This document shows positions 42,601 to 57,600 of a stretch of 64,000 nucleotides of DNA, piece after piece. Both the position numbers and the translations under genes were made by a program. Source of the DNA: Eledone cirrhosa. Lineage: Eukaryota. The DNA lies in contig OZ024741.1 of NCBI GenBank assembly GCA_964016885.1, positions 15,376,001 to 15,440,000 on the forward strand. The letters are read 5' to 3'. Each line of letters begins with the position of its first letter. The first letter of the stretch is position 1. The notes below the pieces were generated by a model. It worked only from the letters and a program-made list of their open reading frames with translations. It was not told where the DNA came from and did no database searches.

Positions 42601-45600
42601 GCAACAGCAGCAACAACATCTGCAACAGTAGCATCAATAACAGAGCAATTGCAACAGCAGCAACAACAACAACCGCAACAGTAGCATAAATAACACATCA
42701 ATTGCAACAGCAGCAACAACAACTGCAACAGTAGCAACAATAACACAGCAATTGCAACAGCAACAACCACAACTGCAACAGTAGCATCAATAACACGGCA
42801 ACTCTAACAGCAACAACAACAACTGCAACAGTAGCATCAATAACACAGCAATTGCAACAGCAGCAACAACAACAACTGCAACAGTAGCATAAATAACACA
42901 TCAATTGCACAGCAGCAACAACAACTGCAACAGTAGCAACAATAACACAGCAATTGCAACAGCAACAACAACAATTGCAACAGTAGCATCAATAACACAG
43001 CAATTGCAACAACAGCAACAACAACAACTGCAGCAGTAGCATATAACACAGCAATGGCAACAGCAGCAACAACAATAACTGCAACAGAAGCATCAATATC
43101 ACAGCAATTGCAACAGCAGCAGCAACAACAACTGCAACAGTAGCATCAATAACAAAGCAATTGCAACAGCAGTAGCAACAACAACTGCAACAGTAGCATC
43201 AATAACAAAGCAATTGCAACAGCAGCAACAACAACAACTGCAACAGTAGCATCAATATCACAGCAATTGCAACAGCAGCAGCAACAACAACTGTAACAGT
43301 AGCATCAATAACACAGCAATTGCAACAGCAGCAACAACAACAACTGCAAGAGTAGCATCAATAACACAGCAATTGCAACAGCAGCAACAACATCTGCAAC
43401 AGTAGCATCAATAACACAACAATTGCAACAGCAGCAACAACAACTGCAACAGTAGCATCAATAACACAGCAATTGCAACAGCAGCAACAACATCTGCAAC
43501 AGTAGCATCAATAACACAACAATTGCAACAGCAGCAACAGCGACAACTGCAACAGTAGCATCAATAACACAGCAATTGCAACAGCAGCAACAACAAAAAC
43601 TGCAACATTAGCATCAATAACACCGCAATTGCAACAGCAGAAACAACAGTAACTGCAACAGTAGCATCAATAACACAGCAATTGCAACAGCAGCAACAAC
43701 AACTGCAACAGCAGCATCAATAACACAACAATTGCAACAGCAGCAACAACAACAACTGAAACAGTAACATCAATAACACAGCAATTGCAACAACAGCAAC
43801 AACAACAACTGCAACATTAGCATCAATAACACAGCAATTGCAACAGCAGCAACAACAAAAACTGCAACATTAGCATCAATAAAACCGCAATTGCAACAGC
43901 AGAAACAACAATAACTGCAACAGTAGCATCAATAACACAGCAATTGCAACAGCAGCAACAACAACTGCAACAGCAGCATCAATAACACAACAATTGCAAC
44001 AGCAGCAACAACAATAACTGAAACAGTAGCATCAATAACACAGCAATTGCAACAGCAGCAACAACATCTGCAACAGTAGCATCAATAACACAACAATTGC
44101 AACAGCAGCAGCAACAACAACTGCAACAGTAGCATCAATAACACAGCAATTGCAACAGCAGCAACAACAACTGCAACAGCAGCATCAATAACACAACAAT
44201 TGCAACAGCAGCAACAACAACAACTGAAACAGTAGCATCAATAACACAGCAATTGCAACAGCAGCAACAACAACAACTGCAACAGTAGCATCAATAACAC
44301 AGCAATTGCAACAGCAGCAACAACATCTGCAACAGTAGCATCAATAACAGAGCAATTGCAACAGCAGCAACAACAACAACCGCAACAGTAGCATAAATAA
44401 CACATCAATTGCAACAGCAGCAACAACAACTGCAACAGTAGCAACAATAACACATCAATTGCAACAGCAACAACAACAACTGCAACAGTAGCATCAATAA
44501 CACAGCAACTGTAACAGCAACAACAACAACTGCAACAGTAGCATCAATAACACAGCAATTGCAACAGCAACAACAACAACTGCAACAGTAGCAACAATAA
44601 CACAGCAATTACAACAGCAACAACAACAACTGCAACAATAGCAACAATAACACAGCAATTGCAACAGCAACAACAACAACTGCAACAGTAGCATCAATAA
44701 CACAGCAATTACAACAACAGCAACAACAACAACTGCAGCAGTAGCATATAACACAGCAATTGCAACAGCAGCAACAACAACAACTGCAGCAGTAGCATCA
44801 ATAACACAGCAATTGCAACTGCAGAAACAACAACAACTGCAACCGTTGCATCAATAACACAGCAATTGCAACAGCAGCAACAACAAAAACTGCAACATTA
44901 GCATCAATAACACAGTAATTGCAACAGCAGCAACAACAACAACTGCAACATTAGCATCAATAACACAGCAATTGCAACAGCAGCAACAACAACAACTGCA
45001 ACAGTAGCATCAATAACACAGCAATTGCAACAGCAGCAACAACAACAACTGCAACATTAGCATCAATAACACAGCAATTGCAAGAGCAGCAACAACAACA
45101 AATGCAACAGTAGCATCAATAACACAGCAATTGCAACAGCAGCAACAACAACAACTGCAACATTAGCATCGATAACACAGCAATTGCAACAGCAGCAACA
45201 ACAAAAACTGCAACAGTAGCATCAATAACACAGCAATTGCAACAACAGCAACGACAACAACTGCAACATTAGCATCAATAACACAGCAATTGCAACAGCA
45301 GCAACAACAACAACTGAAACAGTAGCATCAATAACACAGCAATTGCAACAGCAGCAACAACAACAACTGCAACAGTAGCATCAATAACACAGCAATTGCA
45401 ACAGCAGCAACAACAACAACTGCAACAGTAACATCAATAACACAGCAATTGCAACAGCAGCAACAACATCTGCAACAGTAGCATCAATAACACAGCAATT
45501 GCAACAGCAACAACAACAACTGCAACAGTAGCATCAATAACACAGCAATTGCAACAGCAACAACAACAACTGCAACAGTAGCAACAATAACACAGCAATT

Positions 45601-48600
45601 GCAACAGCAACAACAACAACTGCAACAGTAGCATCAATAACACAGCAACTGTAACCGCAACAACAACAACTGCAACAGTAGCATCAATAACACAGCAATT
45701 GCAACAACAGCAACAACAACAACTGCAGCAGTAGCATATAACACAGCAATTGCAACAGCAGCAACAACAACAACTGCAACACAAGCATCAATATCACAGC
45801 AATTGCAACAGCAGCAGCAACAACAACTGCAACAGTAGCATCAATAACACAGCAATTGCAACAGCAGCAACAACAACAACTGCAACAGTAACATCAATAA
45901 CACAGCAATTGCAACAGCAGCAACAACATCTGCAACAGTAGCATCAATAACACAGCAATTGCAACAGCAACAACAACAACTGCAACAGTAGCATCAATAA
46001 CACAGCAATTGCAACAGCAACAACAACAACTGCAACAGTAGCAACAATAACACAGCAATTGCAACAGCAACAACAACAACTGCAACAGTAGCATCAATAA
46101 CACAGCAACTGTAACCGCAACAACAACAACTGCAACAGTAGCATCAATAACACAGCAATTGCAACAACAGCAACAACAACAACTGCAGCAGTAGCATATA
46201 ACACAGCAATTGCAACAGCAGCAACAACAAAAACTGCAACATTAGCATCAATAACACAGTAATTGCAACAGCAGCAACAACAACAACTGCAACATTAGCA
46301 TCAATAACACAGCAATTGCAACAGCAGCAACAACAACAACTGCAACAGTAGCATCAATAACACAGCAATTGCAACAGCAGCAACAACAACAACTGCAACA
46401 TTAGCATCAATAACACAGCAATTGCAAGAGCAGCAACAACAACAAATGCAACAGTAGCATCAATAACACAGCAATTGCAACAGCAGCAACAACAACAACT
46501 GCAACATTAGCATCGATAACACAGCAATTGCAACAGCAGCAACAACAAAAACTGCAACAGTAGCATCAATAACACAGCAATTGCAACAACAGCAACGACA
46601 ACAACTGCAACATTAGCATCAATAACACAGCAATTGCAACAGCAGCAACAACAACAACTGAAACAGTAGCATCAATAACACAGCAATTGCAACAGCAGCA
46701 ACAACAACAACTGCAACAGTAGCATCAATAACACAGCAATTGCAACAGCAGCAACAACAACAACTGCAACAGTAACATCAATAACACAGCAATTGCAACA
46801 GCAGCAACAACATCTGCAACAGTAGCATCAATAACACAGCAATTGCAACAGCAACAACAACAACTGCAACAGTAGCATCAATAACACAGCAATTGCAACA
46901 GCAACAACAACAACTGCAACAGTAGCAACAATAACACAGCAATTGCAACAGCAACAACAACAACTGCAACAGTAGCATCAATAACACAGCAACTGTAACC
47001 GCAACAACAACAACTGCAACAGTAGCATCAATAACACAGCAATTGCAACAACAGCAACAACAACAACTGCAGCAGTAGCATATAACACAGCAATTGCAAC
47101 AGCAGCAACAACAACAACTGCAACACAAGCATCAATATCACAGCAATTGCAACAGCAGCAGCAACAACAACTACAACAGTAGCATCAATAACAAAGCAAT
47201 TGCAACAGCAGCAACAACAACAACTGCAACAGTAGCATCAATATCACAGCAATTGCAACAGCAGCAGCAACAACAACTGCAACAGTAGCATCAATAACAC
47301 AGCAATTGCAACAGCAGCAACAACAACAACTGCAGCAGTAGCAACAATAACACAGCAATTGCAACTGCAGAAACAACAACAACTGCAACAGTTGCATCAA
47401 TAACACAGCAATTGCAACAGCAGCAACAACAACAACTGCAACATTAGCATCAATAACACAGCAATTGCAACAGCAGCAACAACAACAACTGCAACAGTAT
47501 CATCAATAACACAGCAATTGCAACAGCAGCAACAACAACAACTGAAACAGTAGCATCAATAACACAGCAATTGCAACAGCAGCAACAACAACTGCAACAG
47601 CAGCATCAATAACACAACAATTTGAACAACAGCAACAACAACAACTGAAACAGTAGCATCAATAACACAGCAATTGCAACAGCAGCAACAACAACAACTG
47701 CAACAGTAGCATCAATAACACAGCAATTGCAACAGCAGCAACAACATCTGCATCAGTAGCATCAATAACAGAGCAATTGCAACAGCAGCAACAACAACAA
47801 CCGCAACAGTAGCATAAATAACACATCAATTGCAACAGCAGCAACAACAACTGCAACAGTAGCAACAATAACACAGCAATTGCAACAGCAACAACCACAA
47901 CTGCAACAGTAGCATCAATAACACGGCAACTGTAACAGCAACAACAACAACTGCAACAGTAGCATCAATAACACAGCAATTGCAACAGCAGCAACAACAA
48001 CAACTGCAACAGTAGCATAAATAACACATCAATTGCACAGCAGCAACAACAACTGCAACAGTAGCAACAATAACACAGCAATTGCAACAGCAACAACAAC
48101 AACTGCAACAGTAGCATCAATAACACAGCAATTGCAACAACAGCAACAACAACAACTGCAGCAGTAGCATATAACACAGCAATTGCAACAGCAGCAACAA
48201 CAATAACTGCAACAGAAGCATCAATATCACAGCAATTGCAACAGCAGCAGCAACAACAACTGCAACAGTAGCATCAATAACAAAGCAATTGCAACAGCAG
48301 CAGCAACAACAACTGCAACAGTAGCATCAATAACAAAGCAATTGCAACAGCAGCAACAACAACAACTGCAACAGTAGCATCAATATCACAGCAATTGCAA
48401 CAGCAGCAGCAACAACAACTGTAACAGTAGCATCAATAACACAGCAATTGCAACAGCAGCAACAACAACAACTGCAAGAGTAGCATCAATAACACAGCAA
48501 TTGCAACAGCAGCAACAACATCTGCAACAGTAGCATCAATAACACAACAATTGCAACAGCAGCAGCAACAACAACTGCAACAGTAGCATCAATAACACAG

Positions 48601-51600
48601 CAATTGCAACAGCAGCAACAACATCTGCAACAGTAGCATCAATAACACAACAATTGCAACAGCAGCAACAGCGACAACTGCAACAGTAGCATCAATAACA
48701 CAGCAATTGCAACAGCAGCAACAACAAAAACTGCAACATTAGCATCAATAACACCGCAATTGCAACAGCAGAAACAACAATAACTGCAACAGTAGCATCA
48801 ATAACACAGCAATTGCAACAGCAGCAACAACAACTGCAACAGCAGCATCAATAACACAACAATTGCAACAGCAGCAACAACAACAACTGAAACAGTAGCA
48901 TCAATAACACAGCAATTGCAACAACAGCAACAACAACAACTGCAACATTAGCATCAATAACACAGCAATTGCAACAGCAGCAACAACAAAAACTGCAACA
49001 TTAGCATCAACAAAACCGCAATTGCAACAGCAGAAACAACAATAACTGCAACAGTAGCATCAATAACACAGCAATTGCAACAGCAGCAACAACAACTGCA
49101 ACAGCAGCATCAATAACACAACAATTGCAACAGCAGCAACAACAACAACTGAAACAGTAGCATCAATAACACAGCAATTGCAACAGCAGCAACAACATCT
49201 GCAACAGTAGCATCAATAACACAACAATTGCAACAGCAGCAGCAACAACAACTGCAACAGTAGCATCAATAACAGAGCAATTGCAACAGCAGCAACAACA
49301 ACAACCGCAACAGTAGCATAAATAACACATCAATTGCAACAGCAGCAACAACAACTGCAACAGTAGCAACAATAACACATCAATTGCAACAGCAACAACA
49401 ACAACTGCAACAGTAGCATCAATAACACAGCAACTGTAACAGCAACAACAACAACTGCAACAGTAGCATCAATAACACAGCAATTGCAACAGCAACAACA
49501 ACAACTGCAACAGTAGCAACAATAACACAGCAATTACAACAGCAACAACAACAACTGCAACAATAGCAACAATAACACAGCAATTGCAACAGCAACAACA
49601 ACAACTGCAACAGTAGCATCAATAACACAGCAATTACAACAACAGCAACAACAACAACTGCAGCAGTAGCATATAACACAGCAATTGCAACAGCAGCAAC
49701 AACAACAACTGCAACAGAAGCATCAATATCACAGCAATTGCAACAGCAGCAGCAACAACAACTGCAACAGTAGCATCAATAACAAAGCAATTGCAACAGC
49801 AGCAGCTACAACAACTGCAACAGTAGCATCAATAACAAAGCAATTGCAACAGCAGCAACAACAACAACTGCAACAGTAGCATCAATATCACAGCAATTGC
49901 AACAGCAGCAGCAACAACAACTGCAACAGTAGCATCAATAACACAGCAATTGCAACAGCAGCAACAACAACAACTGCAAGAGTAGCATCAATAACACAGC
50001 AATTGCAACAGCAGCAGCAACAACAACTGCAACACTAGCATCAATAACACAGCAAATGCAACAGCAGCAGCAACAACAACTGCAACGGTAGCATCAATAA
50101 CACAACAATTGCAACAGCAGCAACAACATCTGCAACAGTAGCATCAATAACACAGCAATTGCAACAGCAGCAACAACGACAACTGCAGCAGTAGCATCAA
50201 TAACACAACAATTGCAACAGCAGAAACAACATTAACTGCAACAGAAGCATCAATAACACATCAATTGCAACAGCAGCAACAACAACTGCAACAGTAGCAT
50301 CAATAACACAGCTATTGCAACAGCAACAACAACAACTACAACAGTAGCATCAATAACACGGCAATTGCAACAGCAGCAGCAACAACAACTGCAACAGTAG
50401 CATCAATAACACAGCAATTGCAACAGCAGCAACAACAATAACTGCAACAGTAACATCAATAACACAACAATTGCAACAGCAGCAACAACAATAACTGCAA
50501 CAGTAGCATCAATAACACAGCAATTGCAACAGCAGCAACAACAACAACTGCAACAGTAACATCAATAACACATCAATTGCAACAGCAGCAACAACAACTG
50601 CAACAGTAGCATCAATAACACAGCAATTGCAACAGCAACAACAACATCTGCAACAGTAGCATCAATAACACGGCAATTGCAACAGCAGCAGCAACAACAA
50701 CTGCAACAGTAGCATCAATAACACAGCAATTGCAACAGCAGCAACAACGACAACTGCAGCAGTAGCAACAATAACACAGCAATTGCAACAGCAGCAGCAA
50801 CAACAACTGCAACAGTAGCATCAATAACACAGCAATTGCAACTGCAGAAACAACAACAACTGCAACAGTTGCATCAATAACACAGAAATTGCAACAGCAG
50901 CAACAACAACAACTGCAACATTAGCATCAATAACACAGCAATTGCAACAGCAGCAACAACAACAACTGCAACAGTATCATCAATAACACAGCAATTCCAA
51001 CAGCAGCAACAACAACAACTGAAACAGTAGCATCAATAACACAGCAATTGCAACAGCAGCAACAACAACTGCAACAGCAGCATCAATAACAAAACAATTT
51101 GAACAGCAGCAACAACAACAACTGAAACAGTAGCATCAATAACACAGCAATTGCAACAGCAGCAACAACAACAACTGCAACAGTAGCATCAATAACACAG
51201 CAATTGCAACAGCAGCAACAACATCTGCAACAGTAGCATCAATAACAGAGCAATTGCAACAGCAGCAACAACAACAACTGCAACAGTAGCATAAATAACA
51301 TATCAATTGCAACAACAGCAACAACAACTGCAACAGTAGCAACAATAACACAGCAATTGCAACAGCAACAACCACAACTGCAACAGTAGCATCAATAACA
51401 CGGCAACTGTAACAGCAACAACAACAACTGCAACAGTAGCATCAATAACACAGCAATTGCAACAGCAGCAACAACAACAACTGCAACAGTAGCATAAATA
51501 ACACAGCAATTGCAACAACAGCAACAACAACAACTGCAGCAGTAGCATATAACACAGCAATTGCAACAGCAGCAACAACAATAACTGCAACAGAAGCATC

Positions 51601-54600
51601 AATATCACAGCAATTGCAACAGCAACAGCAACAACAACTGCAACAGTAGCATCAATAACAAAGCAATTGCAACAGCAGCAGCAACAACAACTGCAACAGT
51701 AGCATCAATAACAAAGCAATTGCAACAGCAGCAACAACAACAACTGCAACAGTAGCATCAATATCACAGCAATTGCAACAGCAGCAGCAACAACAACTGT
51801 AACAGTAGCATCAATAACACAGCAATTGCAACAGCAGCAACAACAACAACTGCAAGAGTAGCATCAATAACACAGCAATTGCAACAGCAGCAGCAACAAC
51901 AACTGCAACAGAAGCATCAATAACACAGCAAATGCAACAGCAGCAGCAACAATAACTGCAACCGTAGCATCAATAACACAGCAATTGCAACAGCAGCAAC
52001 AACATCTGCAACAGTAGCATCAATAACACAACAATTGCAACAGCAGCAACAGCGACAACTGCAACAGTAGCATCAATAACACAACAATTGCAACAGCAGA
52101 AACAACATTAACTGCAACACTAGCAACAATAACACAGCAATTGCAACAGCAACAACAACAACTGCAACAGTAGCATCAATAACACAGCAATTGCAACAGC
52201 AGCAACAACAACAACTGCAACAGTATCATCAATAACACATCAATTGCAACAGCAGCAACAACAACTGCAACAGTAGCATCAATAACACATCAATTGCAAA
52301 AGCAACAATAACAACTGCAACAGTAGCATCAATAACACAGCAATTGCAACAGCAGCAACAACAACAACTGCAACAGTAGCATCAATAACACAGCAATTGC
52401 AACAGCAGCAACAACAACAACTGCAGCAGTAGCATCAATAACACAGCAATTGCAACTGCAGAAACAACAACAACTGCAACAGTTGCATCAATAACACAGC
52501 AATTGCAACAGCAGTAACAACAACTGCAACAGTAGCATCAATAACACAGCAATTGCAATAGCAGTAACAACAACTGCAACAGTAGCATCAATAACACTGC
52601 AATTGCAACAGCAGCAACAACAAAAACTGCAACAGTAGCATCAATAACACAGCAATTGCAACAACAGCAACAACAACAACTGCAGCAGTAGCATATAACA
52701 CAGCAATTGCAACAGCATCAACAACAACAACTGCAACAGTAGCATCAATAACACAGCAATTGCAACAGCAGCAACAACCTCTGCAACAGTAGCATCAATA
52801 AAAGAGCAATTGCAACAGCAGCAACAACAACAACCGAAACAGTAGCATCAATATCACAGCAATTGCAACAGCAGCAGCAACAACAACTGCAACAGTAGCA
52901 TCAATAACACAGCAATTGCAACAGCAGCAACAACAACAACTGCAAGAGTAGCATCAATAACACAGCAATTGCAACAGCAGCAGCAACAACAACTGCAACA
53001 GTAGCATCAATAACACAGCAATTGCAACAGCAGCAACAACAACAACTGCAACACTAGCATCAATAACACAGCAAATGCAACAGTAGCAGCAACAACAACT
53101 GCAACAGTAGCATCAATTACACAGCAATTGCAACAGCAGCAACAACGACAACTGCAGCAGTAGCATCAATAACACAACAATTGCAACAGCAGAAACAACA
53201 TTAACTGCAACAGTAGCATCAATAACACAGCAATTGCAACAGCAAAAACAACAACAACTGCAACAGTAGCATCAATAACACAGCAATTGCAACAGCAGCA
53301 ACAACAACAACTGCAGCAGTAGCATCAATAACACAGCAATTGCAACTGCAGAAACAACAACAACTGCAACAGTTGCATCAATAACACAGCAATTGCAACA
53401 GCAGCAACAACATCTGCAACAGTAACATCAATAACACAGCAATTGCAACAGCAGCAACAACAACTGCAACAGTAGCATCAATAACACAGCAATTGCAACA
53501 GCAGCAACAACAAAAACTGCAACAGTAGCATCAATAACACAGCAATTGCAACAGCAGCAACAACAAAAACTGCAACAGTAACATCAATAACACAGCAATT
53601 GCAACAGCAGCAACAACAACTGCAACAGTAGCATCAATAACACAGCAATTGCAACAGCAGCAACAACAAATACTGCAACAGTAGCATCAATAACACAGCA
53701 ATTGCAACAGCAGCAACAACATCTGCAACAGTAACATCAATAACACAGCAATTGCAACAGCAGCAACAACAAAAACTGCAACAGTAGCATCAATAACACA
53801 GCAATTGCAACAGCAGCAACAACAAAAACTGCAACAGTTGCATCAATAACACAGCAATTGCAACAGCAGCAACAACACCTGCAACAGTAACATCAATAAC
53901 ACAGCAATTGCAACAGCAGCAACAACAACTGCAACAGTAGCATCAATAACACAGCAATTGCAACAGCAGCCACAACAACAACTGCAACAGTAGCATCAAT
54001 AACACAGCAATTGCAACAGCAGCAACAACAACAACTGCAGCAGTAGCATCAATAACACAGCAATTGCAACAGCAGCCACAACAACTGCAACAGTAGCATC
54101 AATAACACAGCAATTGCAACAGCAGCAGCAACAACAACTGCAACAGTAGCATCAATAACACAGCAATTGCTACAGCAGCAACAACAACAACTGCAACAGT
54201 AGCATCAATAACATAACAATTGCAACAGCAGCAACAACAACAACTGCAACAGTAGCATCAATAACACAGCAATTGCAACAGCAGCCACAACAACAACTGC
54301 AACAGTAGCATCAATAACACAACAATTGCAACAGCAGCAACAACAACAACTGCAACAGTAGCATCAATAACGCAGCAATTTCAACAGCAGCAGCAACAAC
54401 AACTGCAATAGTAGCATCAATAAAACAGCAATTGCAACAGCAGCAGCAACAACAACTGCAACAGTAGCATCAATAACACAGCAATTGCAACAGCAGCAAC
54501 AACAACAACTGCAACAGTAGCATCAATAACACATCAATTGCAACAGCAGCAGCAACAACAACTGCAACAGTAGCATCAATAACACAGCAATTGCAACAGC

Positions 54601-57600
54601 AGCAACAACAACAACTGCAACAGTAGCATCAATAACACAGCAATTGCAACAGCAGCAACAACAACAACTGCAACAGTAGCATCAATAACACATCAATTGC
54701 AACAGCAGCCACAACAACAACTGGAACAGTAGCATCAATATCACAGCAATTGCAACAGCAGCAACAACAACAACTGCAACAGTAGCATCAATATCACAGC
54801 AATTGCAACAGCAGCAACAACAATAACTGAAACAGTAGCATCAATAACACAGCAATTGCAACAGCAGCAGCAACAACAACTGCAACAGAAACATCAATAA
54901 CACAGCAATTGCAACAGCAGCAACAACATCTGCAACAGTAGCATCAATAACACAGCAATTGCAACAGCAGCAACAACAACAACTGAAACAGTAGCATCAA
55001 TAACACAGCAATTGCAACAGCAGCAACAACAACTGCAACAGTAGCATCAATAACACAGCAATTGCAACAGCAGCAACAACAACAACTGCAGCAGTAGCAA
55101 CAATAACACAGCAATTGCAACAGCAGCAGCAACAACAACTGCAACAGTAGCATCAATAACACAGCAATTGCAACAGCAGCAACAACAACAACTGCAGCAG
55201 TAGCATCAATAACACAGCAATTGCAACTGCAGAAACAACAACAACTGCAACAGTTGCATCAATAACACAGAAATTGCAACAGCAGCAACAACAACAACTG
55301 CAACAGTATCATCAATAACACAGCAATTCCAACAGCAGCAACAACAACAACTGAAACAGTAGCATCAATAACACAGCAATTGCAACAGCAGCAACAACAA
55401 CTGCAACAGCAGCATCAATAACAAAACAATTTGAACAGCAGCAACAACAACAACTGAAACAGTAGCATCAATAACACAGCAATTGCAACAGCAGCAACAA
55501 CAACAACTGCAACAGTAGCATCAATAACACAGCAATTGCAACAGCAGCAACAACATCTGCAACAGTAGCATCAATAACAGAGCAATTGCAACAGCAGCAA
55601 CAACAACAACTGCAACAGTAGCATAAATAACATATCAATTGCAACAACAGCAACAACAACTGCAACAGTAGCAACAATAACACAGCAATTGCAACAGCAA
55701 CAACCACAACTGCAACAGTAGCATCAATAACACGGCAACTGTAACAGCAACAACAACAACTGCAACAGTAGCATCAATAACACAGCAATTGCAACAGCAG
55801 CAACAACAACAACTGCAACAGTAGCATAAATAACACAGCAATTGCAACAACAGCAACAACAACAACTGCAGCAGTAGCATATAACACAGCAATTGCAACA
55901 GCAGCAACAACAATAACTGCAACAGAAGCATCAATATCACAGCAATTGCAACAGCAACAGCAACAACAACTGCAACAGTAGCATCAATAACAAAGCAATT
56001 GCAACAGCAGCAGCAACAACAACTGCAACAGTAGCATCAATAACAAAGCAATTGCAACAGCAGCAACAACAACAACTGCAACAGTAGCATCAATATCACA
56101 GCAATTGCAACAGCAGCAGCAACAACAACTGTAACAGTAGCATCAATAACACAGCAATTGCAACAGCAGCAACAACAACAACTGCAAGAGTAGCATCAAT
56201 AACACAGCAATTGCAACAGCAGCAGCAACAACAACTGCAACACTAGCATCAATAACACAGCAAATGCAACAGCAGCAGCAACAATAACTGCAACAGTAGC
56301 ATCAATAACACAGCAATTGCAACAGCAGCAACAACATCTGCAACAGTAGCATCAATAACACAACAATTGCAACAGCAGCAACAGCGACAACTGCAACAGT
56401 AGCATCAATAACACAACAATTGCAACAGCAGAAACAACATTAACTGCAACACTAGCAACAATAACACAGCAATTGCAACAGCAACAACAACAACTGCAAC
56501 AGTAGCATCAATAACACAGCAATTGCAACAGCAGCAACAACAACAACTGCAACAGTATCATCAATAACACATCAATTGCAACAGCAGCAACAACAACTGC
56601 AACAGTAGCATCAATAACACAGCAATTGCAAAAGCAACAATAACAACTGCAACAGTAGCATCAATAACACAGCAATTGCAACAGCAGCAACAACAACAAC
56701 TGCAACAGTAGCATCAATAACACAGCAATTGCAACAGCAGCAACAACAACAACTGCAGCAGTAGCATCAATAACACAGCAATTGCAACTGCAGAAACAAC
56801 AACAACTGCAACAGTTGCATCAATAACACAGCAATTGCAACAGCAGTAACAACAACTGCAACAGTAGCATCAATAACACAGCAATTGCAACAGCAGTAAC
56901 AACAACTGCAACAGTAGCATCAATAACACTGCAATTGCAACAGCAGCAACAACAAAAACTGCAACAGTAGCATCAATAACACAGCAATTGCAACAACAGC
57001 AACATCAACAACTGCAGCAGTAGCATATAACACAGCAATTGCAACAGCATCAACAACAACAACTGCAACAGTAGCATCAATAACACAGCAATTGCAACAG
57101 CAGCAACAACAACAACTGCAACAGTAGCATCAATAAAAGAGCAATTGCAACAGCAGCAACAACAACAACCGAAACAGTAGCATCAATATCACAGCAATTG
57201 CAACAGCAGCAGCAACAACAACTGCAACAGTAGCATCAATAACACAGCAATTGCAACAGCAGCAACAACAACAACTGCAAGAGTAGCATCAATAACACAG
57301 CAATTGCAACAGCAGCAGCAACAACAACTGCAACAGTAGCATCAATAACACAGCAATTGCAACAGCAGCAACAACAACAACTGCAACACTAGCATCAATA
57401 ACACAGCAAATGCAACAGTAGCAGCAACAACAACTGCAACAGTAGCATCAATTACACAGCAATTGCAACAGCAGCAACAACGACAACTGCAGCAGTAGCA
57501 TCAATAACACAACAATTGCAACAGCAGAAACAACATTAACTGCAACAGTAGCATCAATAACACAGCAATTGCAACAGCAAAAACAACAACAACTGCAACA